DNA of 64,000 nucleotides from a virus (taxonomy: Duplodnaviria > Caudoviricetes), in IMG/VR virus record IMGVR_UViG_2974799246_000001, positions 32,001 to 96,000 of that record; one strand, written 5' to 3'. Shown here piece by piece: positions 56,366 to 64,000 of the stretch. The position numbers and the translations under genes are program-made. The first letter of the stretch is position 1. Every line of letters starts with the position of its first letter. The notes below the pieces were generated by a model that was given only the letters and a program-made list of their open reading frames with translations, made no database searches and was not told where the DNA came from.

Positions 56366-56800
56366 CTAATACGAAACAAGGCGGAAGGCGTTCTGCTTGA
56401 GCAGATTGAGATTGCCCAGCATCAGGCTGTAGGCCAGAGTGCCGTGCTGCGCGATCAGACTATCAGGAACGATAGACCCGAAGTAAATCGAGTTGTCTGG
56501 TCGCGTGTTAATCTCCTCACCAATAGACTTCATTGCGTCAGGGACAACGAAGCACCACGGTTCAGCAACGTACTTACCGCGCACGTACTGAACTCTATAG
56601 CCAACAGCCATGTGCTGGCCTTTGGTAGGGCGGCACGAAAAAACATCCGCGTTCTGGTTGCGTGACTTACGAACCGCAAACAGAGCCATAGTCAGAAAGC
56701 GCTGTTCGAACTGCGGCATGAATGCGTTATCTTCGCAAATCTTTTTCAGAACCGCCTCTTGTCGAGCTTTAGGCATCGACGAGAACAAGTTTAAGTTCAT
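56366..56800 (-). CDS. hypothetical protein
   Basis: 144-aa ORF, ATGA-coupled to tmk. Confidence 0.75.
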   Translation of the reverse strand: MNLNLFSSMPKARQEAVLKKICEDNAFMPQFEQRFLTMALFAVRKSRNQNADVFSCRPTKGQHMAVGYRVQYVRGKYVAEPWCFVVPDAMKSIGEEINTRPDNSIYFGSIVPDSLIAQHGTLAYSLMLGNLNLLKQNAFRLVSY

Positions 56801-57411
56801 GACAGTTGCGCGAGAATCTGGCGTACAACGTCAGACACCGAATTGACCTCAGTATCAATAACTAAATCAAAGCCGCCCGGCACTTCAAGGTAGCGCTGAT
56901 TGTATTGCTCGAACACTTCTTTGGTCTGACGCTTTTCAATGCGGTCTTCACCACCGATGCGAATCTTACGACGCTCAACGGAAGTTTCATAACCACAGGT
57001 CAGCAGCACGGTCAGTCGGTTCTCAGGAGCAAGCGCTTCCCAAGTGTGCTGATAGATGTGTGCGTTAACATCTGACTCACCCGCCTGATAGACGTATGTT
57101 GATGGGTACCCACGGTCAGCAATGATAACGGTATCTGGTTCGTTTTCCAGAATACGTTCATAGGCTGTCATCGTGGAGGAACGTGCAGCAAGGAAAAGCA
57201 GCAGTTCCGTACGCGGGTCCATACCTTCGTTAAGAGGGTTTGAATTGGACAGCAGAACATCACGAATGTGTTCGGCCAGAGGCGTACCACCAGGCTCGCG
57301 CAAACGCAAAGTCTTTGCGCCGCGTTGTGTGAGAATCTCAGACAGAGCAGTACATACAGTAGACTTACCGCTACCCTCTGGGCCTTCGACTAAGAGATAG
57401 ATTGAGTTCAT
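56797..57411 (-). CDS. tmk: thymidylate (dTMP) kinase
   Basis: EGPEGSGKST P-loop, REPGGT, ELLLFLAAR, DR..PS..YQ. Confidence 0.92.
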   Translation of the reverse strand: MNSIYLLVEGPEGSGKSTVCTALSEILTQRGAKTLRLREPGGTPLAEHIRDVLLSNSNPLNEGMDPRTELLLFLAARSSTMTAYERILENEPDTVIIADRGYPSTYVYQAGESDVNAHIYQHTWEALAPENRLTVLLTCGYETSVERRKIRIGGEDRIEKRQTKEVFEQYNQRYLEVPGGFDLVIDTEVNSVSDVVRQILAQLS

Positions 57412-57420
57412 AATGAGTCC

Positions 57421-57909
57421 TTAGGCAAATCGCCCACCTCGCCATGCGGCCTTGATGAGCAATTTCGCCACGATTTCGTTCTTCATTGTCTTTCGCTTGG
57501 CGTTGCTTCTGACAAATGCAGAGCCGAACTTATTCACGACGATTAGGCCGCAGCCTAACTCTTTTATGCGACCAATTATTTTGTCGCCGTGAGTTTCAAA
57601 CAGTTGTTCGTCAATGATGAAGTACATGCGCATACAGAAAGGCAAATACTTGTGCCACTTCTTATCGGTATTGAAGTCAGCCCAGCAACTCTTAACCTCA
57701 GTGATAATCATATCACACTTGGTATTCAGGCAGAACACGTCGGCCCTTAAGTTACCGTGCTTTATCAATCCGAGTTCAACGTGACAGGAATAGCGTTTGT
57801 CAATCCAGTAGCGCTGCGCGGCTTCGGTGAGAAAGGCCGTCTTATCAGGACGGCTCATTGATTTGAATACTGCTTGAATGGGTTCAGCCTTGCGCCGCTT
57901 ATAGGCCAT
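57421..57909 (-). CDS. MmcB-family PD-(D/E)XK nuclease-like protein
   Basis: RADV......I.I.EVKS..ADF..D.KW..Y..FC..MYF. Confidence 0.8.
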   Translation of the reverse strand: MAYKRRKAEPIQAVFKSMSRPDKTAFLTEAAQRYWIDKRYSCHVELGLIKHGNLRADVFCLNTKCDMIITEVKSCWADFNTDKKWHKYLPFCMRMYFIIDEQLFETHGDKIIGRIKELGCGLIVVNKFGSAFVRSNAKRKTMKNEIVAKLLIKAAWRGGRFA

Positions 57910-58357
57910 ACGATTCGATAATGTCCAGGGCTTGCTCTACAATTGGACGGAGTTTCCTGTCCAGTTTACGCAGAGCCTTATCCGCTTTGAACCATTTGCG
58001 TTCACGCGTCAGGGCTTCATCATACTCGGTCAGCATAGTCTTGACCTTCATGACGTACCATTCAACGTGTTGCTCACGGCCGGTTTTGCCTTTGACGTAA
58101 CGCATGATATCTACGAAGTCTTTCGGCTTACCGAGAACACCAGCTTCTTCCATAGCTTCTTTAAGCGCACTGTCGAGTGCAGTCATTCCCTTCTCCACGC
58201 CGCCTTTTGGGAGACCCCAATTGCCTGCATGGGTTGTACGAATGAGCAAGAGTTCAATCGTACCATCCTTTTTCTTGCGATATGGGATAACGCCAGACTG
58301 CTTACGAGGTTTCTTCTCGCTTGGCAGCTTGGCTGACAATGACACGTTGATCATCAT
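57899..58357 (-). CDS. Nudix hydrolase
   Basis: Nudix box GGVEKGMTALDSALKEAMEEAG; WGLPKG. Confidence 0.9.
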   Translation of the reverse strand: MMINVSLSAKLPSEKKPRKQSGVIPYRKKKDGTIELLLIRTTHAGNWGLPKGGVEKGMTALDSALKEAMEEAGVLGKPKDFVDIMRYVKGKTGREQHVEWYVMKVKTMLTEYDEALTRERKWFKADKALRKLDRKLRPIVEQALDIIESYGL

Positions 58358-58857
58358 AATGAATCAAGTCCTCTCGGGAGGTCAACATCCCACGAGCCAG
58401 CGTTGTCTTTCCACAGACCTTGGTTCTGTAACTCTTTATAAGCGTCATAAAGAGAAACACGAGCCTGTACCGAGACTTCGTTGGTACCCGCAGCACCTAA
58501 GCTGTAGCAATACGTGCAGCCTGGGAAGTATTGTGTACGGGTCGCCTCATATGTGTCAAACACAATTTGGCCTTCGCTATTAGAGATAACAGCGTGTGAC
58601 GCCATACCACCTTGACCGAGAATGACGATATCATAATCGGGATGCTGTTTATAGCAGCGTTGAATGAACTCGGCGCAGTCTGCAAATGGTCGAGCTACGG
58701 CAGCAGCGCGATTGCAGTTAAACTGGGCGGCAGACTCAGAAAGAGAACGCGCACCAGTAAGATTCATAGCCGAGGCAAAGATAAGAGTTGCGAGCGATTC
58801 AGGCTCAACGGCAGTGGGGAAAAACTTTGTGCCCCACGCTTGTGATAGCGAAAGCAT
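58354..58857 (-). CDS. hypothetical late protein
   Basis: 167 aa, GGAG RBS, TAATTT 29 nt upstream. Confidence 0.75.
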   Translation of the reverse strand: MLSLSQAWGTKFFPTAVEPESLATLIFASAMNLTGARSLSESAAQFNCNRAAAVARPFADCAEFIQRCYKQHPDYDIVILGQGGMASHAVISNSEGQIVFDTYEATRTQYFPGCTYCYSLGAAGTNEVSVQARVSLYDAYKELQNQGLWKDNAGSWDVDLPRGLDSL

Positions 58858-58898
58858 GGACGTCTCCTTATACGATAGTCTCAGCTAAATTAGTGTGC

Positions 58899-59186
58899 TT
58901 AGTCTTCTGGGCAGATAAGCACCTGACGACCCTGTTGATAATAAGAGTCTGGTGCTCGCCCTATTACGATAGCGCGTTTGCACATAAATGCAGGCTTGCG
59001 CAGAGCAACGTTACAACCGCCGTGCGAGAGTACAGCCATAGCTTCTGCTTTAGCTGGCCCAGTCAGGCACAACGTATGCGAGTAAAACGGCTTTTGTGCT
59101 TTCTTCATCGTGCGTGACATTAAAGCGCGGATGCGTTCGGCCTGGCCTGATGTAGGTACATGATCGCAGTACACGGCGATATTCAT
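58899..59186 (-). CDS. hypothetical protein
   Basis: 95-aa ORF, ATGA-coupled, GGAG RBS. Confidence 0.7.
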   Translation of the reverse strand: MNIAVYCDHVPTSGQAERIRALMSRTMKKAQKPFYSHTLCLTGPAKAEAMAVLSHGGCNVALRKPAFMCKRAIVIGRAPDSYYQQGRQVLICPED

Positions 59187-59908
59187 TTGCCAGCTCCTTT
59201 GATGTTCAGAATGCCGTTGAAAACAGTGAACTTATCAGAGAAATGGCCGACCACGTTACCGAGACTATGCACATCGCCATGGCCACCGTAAGGATTAAAA
59301 TCTGCGAGGTCGATTTGCAGATGCGATGCACTGATGGGATTGAATCCTGTTTCTTTAATGAAGATGGTATGGCCATCATAACGAGGCTTATCAGTAAAGA
59401 GCACACCCATGTTAGACCACGTATTGGAGCTGGACTCCAGCACGAAGACAGACGCCTGGTAAAACTTCGCTCCCAGGTCTGGTGCCGTGTCTTGGACGTA
59501 GTGGTAATCTTCATGATCAGCAACGATAACGTCCACAGTAATGAGTTCCGCTTCATTTCTACGGTTGCGCAACCAGCTCTGCATACAGCGCGTAAAGTAG
59601 TCCGCCATTGCGCAACAAATGCAGCTACGGTTCGTCGGGTCTTTTTCGGCGCGAGGGATTGCAGTGACATTGCGGTCGGAGAATTTCCATGTGACATGAT
59701 CGGTTACCAGATTACCAGATTGAAACTCAAACTCCTCGTCATTGATAACGAAGATGTTTTTACGCTGCATTACGATGTTCGACAATACATGGGCCGCGCT
59801 GTTTTGCAGGCCCAGAGGATATTGAAGCAATACGCGAGCAGTGACGACACGAGGAACCCCGTTTTCGAGATAAGCGAAGTTCATTGTGCGATGCGCTACA
59901 GAAAGCAT
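59183..59908 (-). CDS. hypothetical protein
   Basis: 241-aa ORF, AAGGA RBS. Confidence 0.75.
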   Translation of the reverse strand: MLSVAHRTMNFAYLENGVPRVVTARVLLQYPLGLQNSAAHVLSNIVMQRKNIFVINDEEFEFQSGNLVTDHVTWKFSDRNVTAIPRAEKDPTNRSCICCAMADYFTRCMQSWLRNRRNEAELITVDVIVADHEDYHYVQDTAPDLGAKFYQASVFVLESSSNTWSNMGVLFTDKPRYDGHTIFIKETGFNPISASHLQIDLADFNPYGGHGDVHSLGNVVGHFSDKFTVFNGILNIKGAGK

Positions 59909-59918
59909 GGTACGTCCT

Positions 59919-60707
59919 TTAGTTCAGGTTGATTGTCTGTCCATTTACAGTTACATCCTGACCTGCCTCGATATTAACAGCGCCCCTTACATCCAACACG
60001 TCATCGCCCTTAACAGTAACTTTACGACTCCCACCAATCTCAACAGTCTGGTTGCCTGTGATCTTAGTGTACTGGTTGCCTGCATCGTTCTTCTGCGTAC
60101 CTTTGAACTTGATACGCTTCTTCGGGTCAGGCTTCAAGGACTTAGGCGTCATCACAGGGTCATTCAAGATATAGTCTGGAATGTCGTTCTTACTGCCTGT
60201 GATAATCAGTTGCTGATTGCCTACGATAGTCTGGTTAACGTCACCCATGATTGTCATGTTGAAGTCCCCCGACGTCACAAGGAAGTGCTCGTTGGTCAGG
60301 CGGTCAATGATGAGCTGGGTGCCAGTAGACAGACGCACACCCACGCGATGCGGATAGTTCACGAGGAACTCAGGCAGTTGGTCAGCCTCTGTCATGCGCA
60401 CGTTGGTGCTATACATACCTTCGTGCAATTGACCAGTAGGGAACTTCACATTGACCTTAGCACCACGCGTAGGAATGAATGACGCGCCAAACGTCACACC
60501 CTGTGAGCCGCCTTTAAGCCCTTCGAGATGACCAACAGCAGGGCGAATCCAGGGTATCATGTCGTCGGCAATGTCGTCAGTCAGACCCATGATACGTGCT
60601 CGAATCTGACCGATGCGTCGAGGGTCGTTGTTGTCGATTACGATTGCCTCATAATCCATTTGAGGGTCGATGCCTTTCTTGGCGTTCACACTATTCAGAG
60701 GAATCAT
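59919..60707 (-). CDS. baseplate central spike (gp5/gpV-like, OB-fold plus beta-helix, no lysozyme)
   Basis: VIDNNDP..IGQIRARI....PW; C-terminal I.G....V.G repeats. Confidence 0.85.
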   Translation of the reverse strand: MIPLNSVNAKKGIDPQMDYEAIVIDNNDPRRIGQIRARIMGLTDDIADDMIPWIRPAVGHLEGLKGGSQGVTFGASFIPTRGAKVNVKFPTGQLHEGMYSTNVRMTEADQLPEFLVNYPHRVGVRLSTGTQLIIDRLTNEHFLVTSGDFNMTIMGDVNQTIVGNQQLIITGSKNDIPDYILNDPVMTPKSLKPDPKKRIKFKGTQKNDAGNQYTKITGNQTVEIGGSRKVTVKGDDVLDVRGAVNIEAGQDVTVNGQTINLN

Positions 60708-62599
60708 TTATTCACCCGTGGCATATACATTTCAAGACGCTCACCGTCAGGCGTGCCGTGCGTACTTGAACCATCAACAGTACCGTCACCAAGAGAGCAC
60801 AGGAAGTTACGCAGGTTCTCTTCCTGCTGGCGAATGAGCTGGCTCAGGTTCGTACTTGGACCAAGCAGCTTGCTGATAGACAGAGCATCGAGACACTTAT
60901 CAGGCAGAGCATCGCTCATCATACGGTTCATATCGTCCAGCTTGTTGCTTACGCAGCGCTGGTTGATTTGAGGACCGTCGAGATACTCAGCAGGGATATC
61001 GCCGTTAGCAATCAGACCGTTCACGTCATTGGTGAAGCCACCAAGCATGTTCTCCATGCTATCAAGACGTGAGGCGAGGCCGTCGAGTATGCCACCCTTG
61101 TAATTGATCGCAAGGTTGACACTCAACTTCTCCAGACTGTTCAGTGCGCTACAAATACCAGTCAGATACTTCGCCATATTGAACTCTTGCATCAGAGCAT
61201 TCAGGTAGTCAACACCTTCACCATACTTAGCAGCCAGCTCAGGGAATTTGAACGCTTCTGATTCTGTCTGGAACTGGTCAAGCATAACGTCCAGCTGGAG
61301 ATTGTGTTGCTGCGAAAGCCAGTCGATAGGATTTGAGCCATCAAGCGCCTGTTTGATGTTCGCGTTAATCTGGAACGGACGCAGAACGTTAGCAACCGTA
61401 GACAGCGGAGTCTGGATGATGTTCGAGCCACCACCAATGTTCGACGTACCCTCAACAGGAGTGAAGTTACGCGACAGCAAGAACGCTTCGCTATACATGC
61501 CACCAGAGAAGACGCGAGTACGGCCGATGACCAGCCACTTGCCTGATACCTTGATATCAGTTTCGACTTCACGATGACCGTTAATCACACCAGCAGATAC
61601 ATCGACAATATCAAAGATATCGACTTCTGGACAGCCGCCTAAGATGAGAGCGCGAGCAGTCTCGGTGTAAGCCATAGACTGGCGTTTGTTGTTGTAGTAC
61701 GCCTGCATGTACTTATCGTGAATGTTGATATCGTTCGTTGGTCGAGCGTAGGCCTTACGAGCACCAGCAATATCACCACGCGTGTCGCTGTTAATGTTCA
61801 GCGGGTCACGACCTTTGACAGTCACTGAGGACAGTTCGTTCGTCTTGCCCTTGCTATCGGCCCACAGCAGCTTCTCGCCATAGTTCGACATGCCGTTGAA
61901 GATACCACTCATGGACTTCGGCCGGAACTCATGCAGGTTATAGAGCGGCGTGTCGCCTGTAGGCTTATGGTTGAATAACCAGTACGCCTTAGGGTCTTCG
62001 TCAAACAGTTTGTTGATATCGCGCACTACCATACGCTTGTCGGCAGTGATGAACATCTTAGGCAGCGCTTCTTCACTTACCCACATGTGCTGTTCGATTT
62101 CGTGAGCGAACTTCTTAGGCGAACACGTTGCAGATACCCAGCTCATGATATCTGACGTTTGAATGTCACCGAAGTCAGGCGTCAAGCCGCCGAAAGAGGC
62201 AACTTGTTTTAAAGCATCAATGGAGGTTCCGCGAATGGAGAAGCTACGCGTATCAAAGAGAAAAGCAGGTGCGTCGAGAGCACACAGCACATTAAGCATT
62301 GGTGCGCCACCCTCACCGTATTCGCGCACAGCAAACACAGAGAACGTGAACGTAGACGCCGATTCCTGATCAGGCCCCATCATCAATGTTATTTTCGTAC
62401 CGTCCACAATCGCGTGGGTAGAGCGTAGTACGTTCGTCTGGTCAGAGAATTTGATCAGAGCGCAGGGCACAGCGAAGGTGTTTTCAAACACTTGGACGGA
62501 ATTGATTAGGTTCGGCATAGACGGCGGTGCTTTGCCGTCTAACAAAAGACCAAAGAAGCCTTGGTCTTTTACGCCGCCAGATGTTGCTTGGTCAGCCAT
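60704..62599 (-). CDS. baseplate hub protein (gp27/VgrG-like) with C-terminal helical extension
   Basis: Directly upstream of the spike; SGKWLV....H/R motif. Confidence 0.65.
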   Translation of the reverse strand: MADQATSGGVKDQGFFGLLLDGKAPPSMPNLINSVQVFENTFAVPCALIKFSDQTNVLRSTHAIVDGTKITLMMGPDQESASTFTFSVFAVREYGEGGAPMLNVLCALDAPAFLFDTRSFSIRGTSIDALKQVASFGGLTPDFGDIQTSDIMSWVSATCSPKKFAHEIEQHMWVSEEALPKMFITADKRMVVRDINKLFDEDPKAYWLFNHKPTGDTPLYNLHEFRPKSMSGIFNGMSNYGEKLLWADSKGKTNELSSVTVKGRDPLNINSDTRGDIAGARKAYARPTNDINIHDKYMQAYYNNKRQSMAYTETARALILGGCPEVDIFDIVDVSAGVINGHREVETDIKVSGKWLVIGRTRVFSGGMYSEAFLLSRNFTPVEGTSNIGGGSNIIQTPLSTVANVLRPFQINANIKQALDGSNPIDWLSQQHNLQLDVMLDQFQTESEAFKFPELAAKYGEGVDYLNALMQEFNMAKYLTGICSALNSLEKLSVNLAINYKGGILDGLASRLDSMENMLGGFTNDVNGLIANGDIPAEYLDGPQINQRCVSNKLDDMNRMMSDALPDKCLDALSISKLLGPSTNLSQLIRQQEENLRNFLCSLGDGTVDGSSTHGTPDGERLEMYMPRVNK

Positions 62600-62601
62600 G
62601 A

Positions 62602-63045
62602 TTAGCCCTCAGCGTCAAGCTCAATCGCAATGGCTTTCAACTTCGCTGCAAGTAACTTTATCTCGGAAGACTTGGGTTGAATGTTGAAGCCACCGCGACC
62701 TGGCTTGATCTCAGAATCGTTTTTGGTGTTGTACCACTTACGCACTGCAACGACACGGTTACCGGCATCATCGCCTACGAGGTCAACAGACAGGAAGCTA
62801 TGTTCACCAATCTGAATACGGAAGACTTCAGGCTCAGAAGTCTCTTTGCGAGTCTCCTTTACCTTCTTCTGCTTGGGACGCTTGAGTTCAGTGTTCTTTC
62901 CAGCAGGCTTCTCAGACTTCTTGGCTTTCTTAGCCTTGACGCGCTTGAGTTCTTCTGCCTGTTCGGCAAGAGGCTTATCACGCTTCAATGTCCGCTTGAT
63001 CTTCTTCGCTTTCTCGCCTACGATTTTGCCGTTAACCATTGCCAT
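62602..63045 (-). CDS. PC4/Sub1-like ssDNA-binding protein with Lys-rich N-terminus
   Basis: VAVRKWY......KPGRGG.. pattern. Confidence 0.7.
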   Translation of the reverse strand: MAMVNGKIVGEKAKKIKRTLKRDKPLAEQAEELKRVKAKKAKKSEKPAGKNTELKRPKQKKVKETRKETSEPEVFRIQIGEHSFLSVDLVGDDAGNRVVAVRKWYNTKNDSEIKPGRGGFNIQPKSSEIKLLAAKLKAIAIELDAEG

Positions 63046-63338
63046 TAGATTTGCGTCCTCTTAACTTTCTTAATAGCAGCACTAGGCCGCTTTTGTGGGA
63101 ACACGACTAGCATCCCCGCTTTAAGTTCAGAGGGATGCAGCAGTGCGTTTGCGATCAGTATGAAATTCCAGTAACCGTTAGAGCCGTATTTGTTCACGGA
63201 CAACAGCTGCGGGTTACCCTCAAGTGCGGCATCAATACGCTCGGACGTTCCCGTCTGGGCAGCATCAACATCATCAAAGATCTTCATGGTCAGAGGATCA
63301 ATGCCCCACTTGTCGATTACGCCGATTGTTTCAGCCAT
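63045..63338 (-). CDS. baseplate protein, gp53/tail-X (LysM-like)
   Basis: P.LLS...YG....W..IL.AN....P..L..G.....P. Confidence 0.75.
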   Translation of the reverse strand: MAETIGVIDKWGIDPLTMKIFDDVDAAQTGTSERIDAALEGNPQLLSVNKYGSNGYWNFILIANALLHPSELKAGMLVVFPQKRPSAAIKKVKRTQI

Positions 63339-64000
63339 TTACGAAGGTCCTCACGCGTCACAGCGAAGTAGCTACTCACCTGCAGGATGAAGTCAACGCT
63401 GATAGGGTTACCTGTCCCGTCTTCCCACACGTTGTCGAAGTTCGCGCTAACGTTATCGACTACGCAAGGACTCATCGAGAAGAAATTACCAATATCAACA
63501 AAGAACGCTTCACTGTCTTCCAGAATACCGCCCATTGCAGCATTCGCCGCGTCAGCAGTACCGCCACTGGCTGCAAGTGTCATCGCTTCCATACTAACGG
63601 ACTTCAATGGACTTGGGCCAGGTGGAAGCAGCAAGCCTCCATTCTCAGAAGGAGCACAGAGCGACAACAGGTTGATTGTTGTATCTACCACTTCGCTTTT
63701 CGTATCAGAGTAAGCATCGACAAAGATAGGCAGGTCGACCTGCATATAGCTAGGACCGCCCCACACGCGAGCACTCGCCAGCTTGTGCATAGAACTTGCA
63801 CCAGCGAACTTGAGCGCCTTATCCATCATGCCTGCGCTATTCCCAATGAAACCACCAAGAGCACCAGTTCTACCACCTACGCCAGCTAACGCATTACCTG
63901 CGTTACCAACAACGTCTGCAACTGATGTATTCATGAACGGTGATTCCCAGGAAGAACCTAAGCTGAACGTGAAGTCAGGAGGAATGAACCCCGTGAACTT
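63317..64000 (-). CDS. putative tail tube initiator / baseplate-tube junction protein, 5'-truncated
   Basis: Frame is open to base 64000 (KFTGFIPPDFTFSLGSSWESPFM...); C-terminal CVVDNVSANF...P...F.L tube-like pattern. Confidence 0.6.
   Translation of the reverse strand, partial: KFTGFIPPDFTFSLGSSWESPFMNTSVADVVGNAGNALAGVGGRTGALGGFIGNSAGMMDKALKFAGASSMHKLASARVWGGPSYMQVDLPIFVDAYSDTKSEVVDTTINLLSLCAPSENGGLLLPPGPSPLKSVSMEAMTLAASGGTADAANAAMGGILEDSEAFFVDIGNFFSMSPCVVDNVSANFDNVWEDGTGNPISVDFILQVSSYFAVTREDLRKWLKQSA

Overview
A 64-kb segment of a jumbo myovirus genome. Gene content and layout resemble the 'hairy' Erwinia/Dickeya jumbo phages (Y3/Alexandra/JA11-like), which is an inference I cannot confirm without a search. 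Bases 1-12.6 kb are a + strand run of small, mostly hypothetical genes, including ASCH, DUF4326 and a RelA/SpoT-type HD hydrolase. Bases 12.6-64 kb are a - strand late/structural region. It holds a holin/spanin-like cassette, a tandem array of about 15 paralogous virion-like proteins, HNLG-type fibre proteins, four collagen-like fibre proteins (one ending in an intact-looking Hint/intein domain), an ILEI-domain tip protein, baseplate genes (gp6-, gp25-, gp5-, hub- and gp53-like, PAAR), thymidylate kinase, MmcB-like nuclease, Nudix and PC4-like proteins. The most striking feature is a ~1.25-kb interval (53.24-54.5 kb) with no credible gene. It is dense with helices, bounded by a recurrent phage promoter-like motif and an intrinsic terminator, and contains an exact 28-nt duplicated module: a candidate large structured phage ncRNA. 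Two recurrent promoter-like motifs (TAATTT 23-35 nt upstream of late genes; AATCTGTAAATA) are visible. No tRNA, rRNA, CRISPR array or transposase was recognised.
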